Shown: positions 10,174 through 20,740, numbered from the stretch's first letter. The stretch: 64,000 bases of DNA from an uncultured delta proteobacterium (GCA_963771175.1 CAVYSY010000038.1:32001-96000); one strand, 5' to 3'. The notes: generated by a model not told the origin, from the sequence alone. Numbers and translations: made by a program.

Positions 10174-10902
10174 ATGAGCACAGGTATGCGGTATTTCAGA
10201 GTCAAGGAAGACAGGTCCGCGGGTTACACGGGTGTCGTTGACGCCTCACACAAATGGGGACTCCCGGGTCTCCTAAGCTGCCCTACTTGCAATGCCACCT
10301 GGGGTGACAACTCCAAAGCGTACCCGTCGGTGGACTTGACCTCGGTGGCCACTCTGGCCGACTTCGAGGAGGCCCGGCCCGAGCCCTTCGAGGAGTACGA
10401 ACGGCTGTGTGAGCTGGTACGCCCCTTCCTGCCATCGGGAGCCGTGCTGGAACCCGGTGCAGCCTTCGGCCCGCTCGTGGGCAAGGCCCAGGGAAGCTTC
10501 GGTCCGCTCGTGTCACCCTATGCCTGGTGGCTGTTGGTTCAGCGCGAAGCACTCGAGAAGCTCCAGGCCGAGGGCCTTCAAGGTCTCAAGGGCTGCCGTA
10601 CCCAATTGCGCTTCCGCCAGCGCGCCTCGCCCGAGCTGCTCGAGCTGGAGCTCCTCCCCGTGGGCCGCGCGCACCCGGATTGCCTGCCCTCCAACCGCGA
10701 ACCTCCCTGCCCGCGCTGCGGCCGTGTTGCCATTACCTTGCCCAAACCCCTCGTGCTGGACGCCGCCACCCTTCCCAGCCACCTGGACGTGTTCCGGCTG
10801 GAGGACTTCTCCACCGTCATCGTCTGCACCGAGCGCTTCGTTGATGCCTGCCAGCGTCTGGGGTTCGACGGCGTTGCCTTCCACCCTCTCCCCTCGGTGT
10901 GA
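10174..10902 (+). CDS. sitI6: SitI6/double-CXXCG-motif immunity protein, copy 1
   Basis: WGLPG..CPTC..TW, YPSVDL, LEPGAAFGP, CPRCG, TERFV. Start may be 10186. Confidence 0.88.
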   Translation: MSTGMRYFRVKEDRSAGYTGVVDASHKWGLPGLLSCPTCNATWGDNSKAYPSVDLTSVATLADFEEARPEPFEEYERLCELVRPFLPSGAVLEPGAAFGPLVGKAQGSFGPLVSPYAWWLLVQREALEKLQAEGLQGLKGCRTQLRFRQRASPELLELELLPVGRAHPDCLPSNREPPCPRCGRVAITLPKPLVLDAATLPSHLDVFRLEDFSTVIVCTERFVDACQRLGFDGVAFHPLPSV

Positions 10903-11031
10903 CCGGGGTGTTCCCCGGGCGCTGGACAGTCTCCACCACGTGTCGCGTGTGGCCAGGGGTTCCCCGGCTTGAACCCGTGGCGGCGGTATCCACAACCTCC
11001 GCCCCACCCGCCATGCCATCTTGAGCCGAGC

Positions 11032-11740
11032 ATGCGCATTCCACCCTTCACACGATGGCTCCCGCTCCTCGGCCTGCTGCTGGCCGCTTGTGCCACTTCA
11101 ACGCCCGTTCTTCGGGAGGATGACGAAGCGCCCGAGGTCGTGTCCTCGTGGGAGGAAGCCCGAGCGGACCCGAGCTGCGTGGTGCCGCTGTGTGACGAGG
11201 AACGCTGCGCCATCTGGCGCTGTCAGGACCTCGTGGAGGAGGTGGACTCCCCTTCGGTGGTGCTGGCACGTGGGCCCATGCCGAGCGGTGGGCCTTCGCC
11301 CTCCCCTGGTGGGCAACCCCAGCCGCTGGTGGGCACCTCCCCTGGCCGCGCCCACCTACGCGGAACCTGTCTTTGAAATCCCCTGGCACAACTGGAAGAC
11401 GCGCGAGCAGCTCGCACAACAGCGCAAGCACCCGCTCGGGTGCATGCTCCCGCCCGAGCCTCTCGAAAAGCACCACATCTTCCCGCAGGCCCGAGACCTG
11501 GCCGAATGGTTCAAGAGCAAGCACCTCGACATTCACGACTTCACTGTCAGCCTCCCCAGGAGCTTCCACCGATGGCTGCACAGTGGTGGGCCCAATGGGG
11601 GGCAGTGGAATGAGGCCTGGCGACAGTTCCAGGAGAAGAACCGAGGAGCCACCACGGAGGAAATCTGGCAGTTCGCGTTCGAGCTCATGTTTCAGTTCCG
11701 AGTGAATGGTCCGTTCGTGCCCTATTACTGCCAGGAGTAA
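11032..11740 (+). CDS. sitA6: SitA6/TIGR02269-type polymorphic toxin lipoprotein, copy 2 (+1 frameshift near 11284)
   Basis: N-terminus nearly identical to copy 1; HHIFPQ toxin domain is in the frame of ORF 11021..11740. Confidence 0.85.
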
Positions 11741-11755
11741 GCCCAGGAGCTACGG

Positions 11756-12472
11756 ATGCGATACTTCAGAATCAGGAAAGACAGAGCCTCGCGCTACACG
11801 GGTGCGATTGACGCCTCGCACACATGGGGACTACCGGGTGTCATCAATTGCCCTGCCTGCAAGGCCACCTGGGGAGACAACTCCAGAGCGTACCCCTCGG
11901 TGGACCTGACTCCGGTGGCGTCCCTGGCCGACTTCGAGGAAGCCCGGGCCGAGCCCATCGAGGAGTACGAAAGATTGTGTGAGCTGGTACGCCCCTTCCT
12001 GCCACCGGGAGCCCTGCTGGAACCCGGTGCGGCTTTTGGCCCGCTCGTGGGCAAGGCCCAGGGCCGCTTCGGGCCGCTCGTCCTCTCTCCCTCCCCCTGG
12101 TGGCCGATGGTGCAGCGCGAGGCTCTCGAGAAGCTCCAAGCCGAGGGCCTGCGCGGCCTCAAGGGCTGCCGCACCGCGCTTCGCTTCCGCCAGCGCAACT
12201 CGCCCGAGCTGCTCGAGTTGGAGCTCCTCCCCGTGGGCCGCGCGCACCCGGATTGCCTCCCCCCCAACCGCAAGCCGCCCTGCCCCCGCTGTGGCCGTTT
12301 TGGCCTCACCCTGCCCGATGACCTCCTGCTGGATGCAGCCACCCTTCCCAGCCACCTGGACATATTCCGGTTGGAGGACTTCTCCGTCATCGTCTGCACC
12401 GAACGCTTCGTTGATGCCTGCCAGCGTCTAGGGCTCGACGGCGTTGCCTTCCACCCCCTCCCCTCAGTGTGA
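11756..12472 (+). CDS. sitI6: SitI6/double-CXXCG-motif immunity protein, copy 2
   Basis: Paralog of 10174..10902 with CPAC and CPRCG motifs. Confidence 0.88.
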   Translation: MRYFRIRKDRASRYTGAIDASHTWGLPGVINCPACKATWGDNSRAYPSVDLTPVASLADFEEARAEPIEEYERLCELVRPFLPPGALLEPGAAFGPLVGKAQGRFGPLVLSPSPWWPMVQREALEKLQAEGLRGLKGCRTALRFRQRNSPELLELELLPVGRAHPDCLPPNRKPPCPRCGRFGLTLPDDLLLDAATLPSHLDIFRLEDFSVIVCTERFVDACQRLGLDGVAFHPLPSV

Positions 12473-12638
12473 CCGGGGTGTTCCCCGGGCCCTGGACAGT
12501 CTCCGCCACGCGTCCCGTGTGGCCAGGGAGCCACAGTCCACGGCTCTCCCCAGTCCTTCCGCGCACTTACCACGCTGAAGGACCCTGGCCCGCCGGCTGC
12601 ATTGACACGGCTCGCACCCGTCCAGTCCGAGGAATCCC

Positions 12639-15186
12639 ATGCGAGCCGCACTCGCCGCGCTCATCGTCTGTCTTCTGTCCGTCCCCGCCTCCGCGCAGGA
12701 GCCGGCCCTCCCCGAGACACCCTGCCCCGCTCCCGTCTCGCCCCTCAGCTCCGGGGCCATCACCCAGGGCACGCTGGTGGCGAAGCTCCGCGGCCACGCC
12801 TCCGCTCGCGGCTGCCCCGACGCCCAGCCCCAGCAGTTCAGCCTGAAGCACACCGAGGTGGACGCCGAGGTGAGCGGCTTCCTCGCCAGCGTCACCGTCA
12901 CCCAGGTCTTCACCAACCCCTACGCCGAGCCGCTCGAGGCCCTCTACGTCTTCCCGCTCCCGGAGAAGGCCGCGGTGGACGCCATGGAGCTCGTCATCGG
13001 CCAGCGCGTCATCCGCGGCGTCATCCAGACGCGCGAGCAGGCGCGTGACACCTACGAGCGCGCCCGCGCCGAGGGGAAGACGGCCGCGCTGCTCGACCAG
13101 GAGCGCCCCAACCTCTTCACCCAGTCCGTGGCCAACATCCTCCCGGGTGAAGAAATCCGCGTGCGCATCCACTACGTGGAGCGGCTCGTCTACGAGAGCG
13201 GCAGGTACAGCTTCAACTTCCCCATGACGGTGGGCCCTCGCTACATCGGCGGCGAGCCCCGGGCCTTCCGCCAGGGCGAGGGCACCGCGCCGGACACCAC
13301 CACCGTCCCCGACGCGAGCCGCATCACCCCGCCGGTGCTGCCGCCCGACGTCCGCAGCGGCCGTGACATCCGCCTCACCCTGCGCCTGGACGCGGGCGTG
13401 CCCGTGCACGAGCTGCGCTCCACCTCGCACCAGGTGACGGTGACGCGCGAGGGCCCGAGCCGCGCCCGCGTGGAGCTGGCCTCGAACGACCGCATCCCCA
13501 ACAAGACCTTCACCCTGGAGTACCTCGTGGCCGACGCGCTCATCCGCCCGGCCGTGCTGGTGCACCGCGAGCCCGGCGCCGAGGAGGGCTACTTCCTCGT
13601 GCTGCTCAACCCGCAGCTCGAGCCCAAGCAGGAGGAGGTGGTGCCGCGCGAGCTGTACCTGGTGCTGGACACCTCGTGCTCGCAGTCCGGCCAGCCCATC
13701 GAGAAGTCCAAGGCCATCACCGCCGAGGTGCTGCGCCACCTGCACCCCGAGGACACCTTCCAGGTGCTCAACTTCGACACGCAGGTGACGAAGTTCGCCC
13801 CCGCCGCCGTGCCGGCCTCGCCGGAGAACGTGGAGCGCGCCCTGCCCTACGTGGCCAACTTCTGGGGCGGCGGTGGCACCGACGTGCGCGTGGCGGCCCA
13901 GGAGGCCATGGTGCCCGCCAACGACCCGGCCCGCCTCCGCATGGTGCTGCTCATGACGGACGGCTTCATCGGCAACGACGAGCAGGTGCTCGGCACCCTC
14001 CAGCAGCACCTGCGCGAGGAGACGCGCGTCTTCAGCGTGGGCGTGGGCAACGACGTCAACCGCTACCTCGTCACCAAGATGGGCGAGGTGGGCCGCGGCG
14101 CCTCCACCTTCGTCAACCTCCACCGCCCCGAGGACGAGGTCGCCCGTGAGTTCGAGTCTCGCATCCGTGGCCCGGTGCTGACCTCGGTGCGCGTGGACAC
14201 GGACGGGCATGCCGGTGTCGGACGTCTACCCGCGAATGGTGTCGGACCTCTTCAGTGGCCAGCCGCTGTTCCTCATCGGCAAGTTCCACGGCACGGGCGA
14301 GGGCCTGCTGCGCATCACCGGCCGGGTGCGCGGGCAGGAGCGTCGCTTCGACGTGCCCCTCACCCTCCCCGCGTCGGCGCCGGAGCACTCGGCGCTGCGG
14401 AGCCTGTGGGCGCGCCAGCGCATCGAGGAGCTGAGCGTGGAGAACTACCGGGGCGAGAAGCCCGAGGTCGTCCAGGCCATCACCGCCACGGCGCTCCAGT
14501 ACGGGCTGATGAGCAAGTACACCTCCTTCGTCGCGGTGGAGGAGGTGGCGCGCACGCAGCCGGGTGGCGACCCGGTGCGCGAGCTGGTGCCGGTGGAGCT
14601 GCCGGAGGGCACCTCGTACGCGGGCATCTCCGGCGAGCTGAGCCGCGAGGAGATTCCTCCGGGGGACCCCATCATCTCCGTGGCGGCCCCGAGGAACGCG
14701 CGCCGGGTGACGGCCTACTTCCCCTTCGGCCTGGTGAAGCCGCTCACCTTCGACGCTGTCTCGGGTTACTGGCGGGGCCGCTTCCTGGTGCCGCTCTGGG
14801 TGGAGGACGGGTACTACGACGTGCTGGTGGCCGTGGAGATGAAGGACGGCACGGTGCGCCGGCGCGAGGTGCGCTACCGGCTGGACTCCAAGGGCAACGA
14901 CTTCGAGGTGACGCTGTCCGCGCGAGTGCTGGCGCCGGGCCAGACGCTGCGGCTGGAGGTGGACGCGGTGGAGGCCACCAAGGAGGTGAGCGTCTACGGT
15001 GAGCTCTTCGGGGACGAGCAGCTCCTCCTGGAGACGCGCGAGGGCCTGCGCTTCACCCGGGAGCTGGTGGTGCCCGCGGGCACCGAGCCCGGGGAGTACG
15101 AGCTGGTGCTCGTGGCCCGGGACGCCGCGGGCAACCGCTTCGAGCGCCGCGAGAAGGTGCGCGTCGCCCTCACCGTCGAGGAGTAG
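12639..15186 (+). CDS. Secreted VIT + von Willebrand A domain protein with C-terminal beta-rich extension (frameshift near 14205)
   Basis: Signal peptide ending ASA-Q; VIT motifs FTNP..EPLEALYVFPLP and FTQSVANI; MIDAS DTSCS...GGGT...TDG; LWARQRI and SKYTSFVAVE. Confidence 0.88.
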
Positions 15187-15220
15187 TCCCCCACCGCGCT
15201 CCACCTCGAGGACCCACCCC

Positions 15221-16891
15221 ATGCTGCTCTCCACGCTGACCGCCGCCCTGCTCTCCGCCACCGTCACCAACACCGAGACGGTGCATGACCTCGCCGCGTA
15301 CAACGGCCACGTGGTGGCCTGCACCGAGGGAGGGCTGGAGCTCTTCACCCGCTCGGGCCGCCCGGTGCGCACGCTGACGGTGGAGGACGGCCTGCCGAGC
15401 CACTTCTGCCGCGCACTGGAGGTGGCGGGCGACCGCCTCTTCGCGGCCACGGACGAGGGCGTGGTGGAGCTGGACAACCGCTGGCGGGTGGAGCCGGTGG
15501 TGGGGGCGAAGTGGCACGCGCTCCCCGCCGCCAGGGAAATGAACGCGGAGACGTACCGCGCGGCGCTCGGGTGGCTCTCCGAGCGGCTGCCCGCGGGCCC
15601 CACGTACACGGCCTTCACGGAGAGCTACCTGGGCACGGCGGACGGGCGGGTGCTGGCGCCCAGCGCGGGACGCACGTGGACGATGCCAGGGCCCGTGCTG
15701 CTGCTGGAGGAGAAGGGCGACACGCTGCGGGTGGGCACCAACGAGGGCGCCTTCACCCTGGGCCCGAGCGGGCTCGTGTCGCTCCCAGTCCCCGTGGGGC
15801 CGCTCGCCTACGCGCGGAGCCCGGAGGGAGAAACCCGGGTGCTCGGGAGCGAGGGCGAAGCACGGCGCTGGGGCGCGAGCACGGGTGAGTCCCAGGCGCT
15901 GCCCCAGGGCGTGACGAGCACGCTCGAGGTGGATGGAGCGGCCTGGGTGGGCACGCGCGGCCAGGGCGCCTTCCGACGGCAGGGCACGCAGTGGAAGCGG
16001 GCGACGCCCACGGACCAGCTCTGCGGCAACCACATCACCGCGCTGGCTCGCCACCAGGGACGGCGGGTGGTGGGTACCTTCGACCGGGGCGTGTGCTGGG
16101 AGCTGCCCGATGGACGGTGGCGAACGTTCCGCGCGCCGAACCTCCCGAGCAACCACGTTCTCGGCCTGGCCAGCGATGGGAAGAACCTCTACGTGGCCAC
16201 GATGTACGGGCTGGGCCTCCACGACGGCAAGGCGTGGACCCAGCTGGCGTACGGGGGCCGCAATCCGGTGGCGCTCGGGAAGCTGTCGGTGCTGGCGACG
16301 GTGGCGAAGACAGAGGAGGGCCTCGCCCTGGTGGATGGACGCGGCGCCTCCTTCGTGAAGCCCGGGAGCCAGCCGCTCGAACTGGTGAAGCGGCTGCCGC
16401 TGCCGGAGGGCTGGAGCAGCCACATCTCGGGAGCGGACGGCGCCGGGCGCTTCCTCTGGGTCACGAGCGAGGACCGTGGCCTCCTGCGCTGGGACGGCGC
16501 CGAGTGGAAGCGCTTCCACGATGGGAAGGACCTCACGGACAACTGGGTGACGGCGCTCGCGGCGGATGCCGAGGGCCGTGCGGTGGCGGGCACGTGCCAG
16601 GACGGCTTCAGCTACTTCGACGGCGAGCGCTGGACGCGGGTGCGCGACGCGGAGGGCCTGCCGAGCCGCTACGTGGTGTCCACGGCGCTGGTGCCGGGCG
16701 GCGCGCTGGTGGGGACGCTGCTGGGCGCGGTGCACTACGACGCGGCGAGCGGCACGGTGCGCCCGCTGCCCCGGCTCGCGGACCCGCGCGTGTACTCCAT
16801 CCTGGTGGAGGGAGACACCGTCCTCTTCGGCACCGAGGGCGGCCTCTCGCAAGTGGCCTGGAGCGCCCCCGTCCCCGTCACCCGGCGTTGA
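15221..16891 (+). CDS. Beta-propeller protein (two-component-regulator-propeller-like repeats)
   Basis: Repeated blades: DGLPSHF, WVGT.G.G, NHITALA, LPSNHV, LTDNWVTALA, GLPSRYV, FGTEGGLS. Confidence 0.8.
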   Translation: MLLSTLTAALLSATVTNTETVHDLAAYNGHVVACTEGGLELFTRSGRPVRTLTVEDGLPSHFCRALEVAGDRLFAATDEGVVELDNRWRVEPVVGAKWHALPAAREMNAETYRAALGWLSERLPAGPTYTAFTESYLGTADGRVLAPSAGRTWTMPGPVLLLEEKGDTLRVGTNEGAFTLGPSGLVSLPVPVGPLAYARSPEGETRVLGSEGEARRWGASTGESQALPQGVTSTLEVDGAAWVGTRGQGAFRRQGTQWKRATPTDQLCGNHITALARHQGRRVVGTFDRGVCWELPDGRWRTFRAPNLPSNHVLGLASDGKNLYVATMYGLGLHDGKAWTQLAYGGRNPVALGKLSVLATVAKTEEGLALVDGRGASFVKPGSQPLELVKRLPLPEGWSSHISGADGAGRFLWVTSEDRGLLRWDGAEWKRFHDGKDLTDNWVTALAADAEGRAVAGTCQDGFSYFDGERWTRVRDAEGLPSRYVVSTALVPGGALVGTLLGAVHYDAASGTVRPLPRLADPRVYSILVEGDTVLFGTEGGLSQVAWSAPVPVTRR

Positions 16892-16948
16892 GACGGGCTC
16901 GGGGTCCAGCGCACGACATTCACCGGACCCCGGAGTATCGACTCCTGT

Positions 16949-17434
16949 TCAGCCCGCCTTGAGGACGCCGACGGGATGGGACTCGCCGGAGCCCCCAGCC
17001 GAGAGCACGAGGACGGCCGACTGGCTCAGGGCCGCCTGCCCCAGGGCGTTGAGCTGCTGCTGGTTGGCCACCGCGTTCTGGAACGCCAGACCGAGCGCCT
17101 GCGCCGCCGCCTCGTAGACGGAGGCCAGCGCCCGCGCCCGCACCTCGTCGGGGTGGGAGGTCTGCCCGGTGGACTCGGAAGCCTTCTCCACTGCCGAGGG
17201 AGCGGCCTGCACCGGCTCGATGGGCGGCAGTGACGCGGTCTTCGTCTCGGGCGCCGGGCCCTTCATGGCCTCGCAGGCCATCCGCGCGTCCACGACGAGC
17301 TGCAGGATGCTCCGCTGCTGCTGCGCGGTCACCTCGTTCAGCTTCGCCAGCACGTTGGCCACCGCCGTCCCGAGGCTCACCAACTCCACCTCGGCACCGA
17401 GCGTCGCCAGCGCCACCTTGTCACCATCCGTCAT
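16949..17434 (-). CDS. RebB (R-body / killing trait)-like protein with two Reb-like segments
   Basis: C-half VYEAAAQALGLAFQNAVANQQQLNALGQAA matches the Reb signature; N-half has a degenerate NEVTAQQQ. GGAGGG RBS before ATG 17434. Confidence 0.75.
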   Translation of the reverse strand: MTDGDKVALATLGAEVELVSLGTAVANVLAKLNEVTAQQQRSILQLVVDARMACEAMKGPAPETKTASLPPIEPVQAAPSAVEKASESTGQTSHPDEVRARALASVYEAAAQALGLAFQNAVANQQQLNALGQAALSQSAVLVLSAGGSGESHPVGVLKAG

Positions 17435-17575
17435 CGTGTTCCCCTCCGGGTCATGCACCACACCGCGTGGTCCCGGAGAGTAAAGCCGCCCGCCCCATCG
17501 CCGTCGAGTCGCCTTTGTCACCCCTGAGGCGCCTTCTCCCCCCCGCTGGGGCGTGACACACTGCACCGAGCCCCC

Positions 17576-18298
17576 ATGCAACAGAGCCACGCGCAGGCGC
17601 TGCTGGACTCCTCCTTCCACGGAGTGGAGGAGGGCGCCGCCCGGATGTACGAGCCCGAGGATGTGCGCTTCGACAAGCGCCTGAGCGCCGTGTGGCTCGA
17701 GTACCGCTGGTACGTCCACGAGCGGGGCCTCGCCGAGGTCTTCGTGAAGTGGAAACGGGTGGAGAAGGAGGCGTGCGCGCGGGAGGACGTGTCCGTGCTG
17801 CGCCTCCACCTGCTCGGGCACTCGGCCGCGCTCGCCGAGCGTGCGCGGCGGGTACTGGAGGCGGGCACGCCGTCCTCGGGGCGGCTGCTGGAGCTGTTCG
17901 GCTCGGACGGGGTGAAGCGCGAGAGCAGCATCGCCGGGCCCACCCACATCACCGTGGAGCACTGGCCCCACCCGGCCCCTCGGCCGCTGCTGCCGGAGGA
18001 GACCTTCCAGGCGCTCTCCGCGGTGCTGGTGAGCCCCGAGGCCACCTTCGAGGATCGGAACGAGGCGGTGGACCGGCTGTGCCGGGAGCGCAGCACGCGC
18101 GTGGTGGACACGCTGCTCGCCGCGATGGAGCTGAAGCCCTCGCTGTCCGCCCTGCGCCGGCTGTCCGAGTGGGGCGAGCCAGGAGCCCTGCCGCACGTGG
18201 AGCGGGCGCTCGCGTCGGTGGCACCGGACAACCCCGCGGACCTCTGGGCGCTCACCGCTTTACAACGGCGGCTGCTGGCCTGGGGACGCGCGCTCTAG
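17576..18298 (+). CDS. Hypothetical protein with C-terminal HEAT-like helical repeats
   Basis: Host-like codon usage; RNEAVDRL...ALRRLSEWGEPGALPHV helical repeats. Confidence 0.65.
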   Translation: MQQSHAQALLDSSFHGVEEGAARMYEPEDVRFDKRLSAVWLEYRWYVHERGLAEVFVKWKRVEKEACAREDVSVLRLHLLGHSAALAERARRVLEAGTPSSGRLLELFGSDGVKRESSIAGPTHITVEHWPHPAPRPLLPEETFQALSAVLVSPEATFEDRNEAVDRLCRERSTRVVDTLLAAMELKPSLSALRRLSEWGEPGALPHVERALASVAPDNPADLWALTALQRRLLAWGRAL

Positions 18299-18316
18299 CA
18301 GTGGTAAGGAGGGCGC

Positions 18317-18703
18317 ATGCGAATCCTTCACACCATGCTGCGCGTGGGCGACCTGGAGAAGTCGCTCGACTTCTACACCCGCGTCATCGGAATGAAGCTG
18401 CTGCGCCGGCACGACTACCCGGACGGCAAGTTCACCCTGGCCTTCGTGGGCTTCGGCCCCGAGGACACCCACCCGGCCCTGGAGCTCACCTACAACTGGG
18501 GCACCTCGAAGTACGACCTGGGCAACGCCTACGGCCACATCGCCCTCGGCGTGCAGGACATCCACGCCACCTGCGACGCCATCCGTCAGGCCGGCGGCAA
18601 GGTGGTGCGCGAGCCGGGCCCCATGAAGCACGGCACCACCGTCATCGCCTTCGTCGAGGATCCGGACGGCTACAAGGTGGAGCTCATCCAGCAGGGCCCC
18701 TGA
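18317..18703 (+). CDS. gloA: Lactoylglutathione lyase (glyoxalase I)
   Basis: [35 protein letters not shown]. Confidence 0.97.
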   Translation: MRILHTMLRVGDLEKSLDFYTRVIGMKLLRRHDYPDGKFTLAFVGFGPEDTHPALELTYNWGTSKYDLGNAYGHIALGVQDIHATCDAIRQAGGKVVREPGPMKHGTTVIAFVEDPDGYKVELIQQGP

Positions 18704-18928
18704 GCCCCAAGAGCGTGTACTGGCGCGCCTCCATCCGCACGCGCCACGCAGGCTCGGATGCCCGCCTGACGAGGGACAACCGACCCCCGAAGTCATATTT
18801 CGGATTGAACTTCCGGAGTCATGCCTTAATCTTGAACCGAACGCGGTCCCGCTAGCAGGACGGCCCGGGAGGGACTCCTTCCGGGGTCCTGTGACGCCAC
18901 TGGTCCCCATCGGTCGAGTGAAGGCACC

Positions 18929-20740
18929 ATGCACAGCCCTCTGGAGACGAGCCTCGCGCCTCCCGCTTCCCCGCCAGGAGCCGGGGCGCCCGGGCTCCTC
19001 CCCGCCCCCTCCGCGCTCACGCCGCTCGAGGCGCGGACCCTGCAACCGCTCCTCTCCCAAGCGAGCGGCACCGTGGCCGACGTGGCCCACACGCTCCGGG
19101 CCCATGCCCTCGCGTCCGCCGAGCAGTTCGAGGAGCTGCTCGCCTTCGCCTCGCTCTCCGGCGTGGAGCCCCATGCCTACCAGCTCGAGACGGTCCGGCG
19201 CGTGCTGCGCCAGCACCGGGGTCGGGCCCTGCTCGCCGACGAGGTGGGTCTGGGAAAGACGGTGGAGGCCCTCATGGTGCTGCGCGAGTACCAGTTGCGC
19301 GGCATGGTGCGCCGGGTGCTGGTGCTGGTGCCGCCCGCGCTCGTGCTCCAGTGGAAGGGCGAGCTGGCCGCCAAGGCCGGTCTCGAGGCCCACGCCTCCA
19401 CGGACCTGACCGCCAACTCGCCGCCCGAGTCCTTCTGGCGGCGCGAGGGAGTGCTCATTGCCTCGCTGGCCCTCGCCCGCTCCGCCCGCCATGCCCCGCT
19501 CGTCCAGGCCCAGCCGTGGGACCTGGTCATCATCGACGAGGCCCACCACCTGAAGAACCGGCGCACGTTGGCCTGGAAGCTGGTGGACGGGCTCAAGAGC
19601 CGTTTCCTCCTGCTGCTCACCGCGACGCCGGTGGAGAACGACCTGGAGGAGGTCTACAACCTCGTCACCCTGCTGCGGCCCGGCCAGCTCGCCACGCCCG
19701 CGGACTTCCGGCGCCAGTACGTGGACCCGAAGGATCCCACCTCGCCGCGCAACCGCGAGAAGTTGCGGCGCCTGCTGTCCGAGGTGCTCATCCGCAACAC
19801 CCGGGCCCGCTGTGGGCTGAAGCTGCCCCCGCGCTACGTGACGACGGTGGCGGTGGAGCCCCTGGAGGGCGAGCGTGCGCTCTACGCGGAGGTGCTGGGC
19901 TTCCTCCGGCGCCACGCGGGCGATGCCCGGGCGCGCCTCTCGGCCTCGACGCTGCTGCTGGAGGCCGGCTCCAGCCCCCACGCGGTGCGTGCCACCCTGC
20001 ACAAACAGCGCGAGCGCCGCCTCGCCGAGCCGGGCGAGCACTCGCCCCTCCTCGTCCGGGAGCTGGAGCGACTGGGAGGAGAGGCCGCGGAGGTGCACGA
20101 GTCGGCCAAGGCGCGGGCCCTGGTGGACATCCTCCGCGCCCACCGCGAGCAGGTGCTCGTCTTCAGCCGCTACCGCGAGACGCTGGGCTACATGGAGAAG
20201 GTGCTGGAGGAGGCCGGCGTGCCCCGCGAGCTGGTGCACGGGGGGATGAGCCAGAAGCAGAAGCACGAGGCCCTCGCGCGATTCCGGGGCGGTGCGCCCG
20301 TGCTGCTGGCCACGGACGTGGGCAGCGAGGGGCACAACCTCCAGTCCTGTCATGTGCTGGTGAACTTCGACCTGCCGTGGAACCCCATGGTGATTGAGCA
20401 GCGCATCGGCCGGCTGCACCGCTTCGGGCAGACGGAGGAGGTGCGCGTCTACAACCTGTGCGCCCGGGGCACGGCGGAGGACCGGGTGCTGGACGTGCTG
20501 GACCGGCGCATCCACCTCTTCGAGCTGGTGGTGGGGGAGATGGACATGGTGCTGGGCAACCTCGCCGACGAGCGAGACCTGGAGGAGCGCATCCTCGCCC
20601 TCTACGCCGAGTCGCGGGGCGAGGAGGAGGTGGCGAGGGGCTTCGACGCCATCGCCGAGGAGCTGGCCCGGGCGCGCGGGCAGTACGAGAAGACGCGGGC
20701 GCTGGACGCGGCGCTCTTCGGAAAGGACTTCGAGGCATGA
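18929..20740 (+). CDS. SNF2-family ATPase/helicase, YqhH-like
   Basis: LADEVGLGKT, IIDEAHH, LTATP, NFDLPWNP..IEQRIGRLHR. Confidence 0.93.
   Translation: MHSPLETSLAPPASPPGAGAPGLLPAPSALTPLEARTLQPLLSQASGTVADVAHTLRAHALASAEQFEELLAFASLSGVEPHAYQLETVRRVLRQHRGRALLADEVGLGKTVEALMVLREYQLRGMVRRVLVLVPPALVLQWKGELAAKAGLEAHASTDLTANSPPESFWRREGVLIASLALARSARHAPLVQAQPWDLVIIDEAHHLKNRRTLAWKLVDGLKSRFLLLLTATPVENDLEEVYNLVTLLRPGQLATPADFRRQYVDPKDPTSPRNREKLRRLLSEVLIRNTRARCGLKLPPRYVTTVAVEPLEGERALYAEVLGFLRRHAGDARARLSASTLLLEAGSSPHAVRATLHKQRERRLAEPGEHSPLLVRELERLGGEAAEVHESAKARALVDILRAHREQVLVFSRYRETLGYMEKVLEEAGVPRELVHGGMSQKQKHEALARFRGGAPVLLATDVGSEGHNLQSCHVLVNFDLPWNPMVIEQRIGRLHRFGQTEEVRVYNLCARGTAEDRVLDVLDRRIHLFELVVGEMDMVLGNLADERDLEERILALYAESRGEEEVARGFDAIAEELARARGQYEKTRALDAALFGKDFEA

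Larger units (their letters stand above)
9422..12528. repeat. Tandem direct duplication, units ~9422-10958 and ~10996-12528 (offset ~1574 bp)
   Basis: Both units start CCTCCGCCCCACC.GCCATGCCATCTTGAGCCGAGCATG and end GTGTGACCGGGGTGTTCCCCGGGC.CTGGACAGTCTCC.CCACG...GTGTGGCCAGGG. Confidence 0.95.

Noticed and set aside
7985..10174. 729-aa fusion of DUF2254 with the toxin lipoprotein
   Set aside because: Produced by the frameshift near 9115. The toxin has its own signal peptide, and copy 2 starts independently.
18805..18837. ECF-like GAACTT-N17-TCTTGA, or TTGAAC repeat, upstream of the SNF2 gene
   Set aside because: Short and imperfect match; cannot be supported without TSS data.
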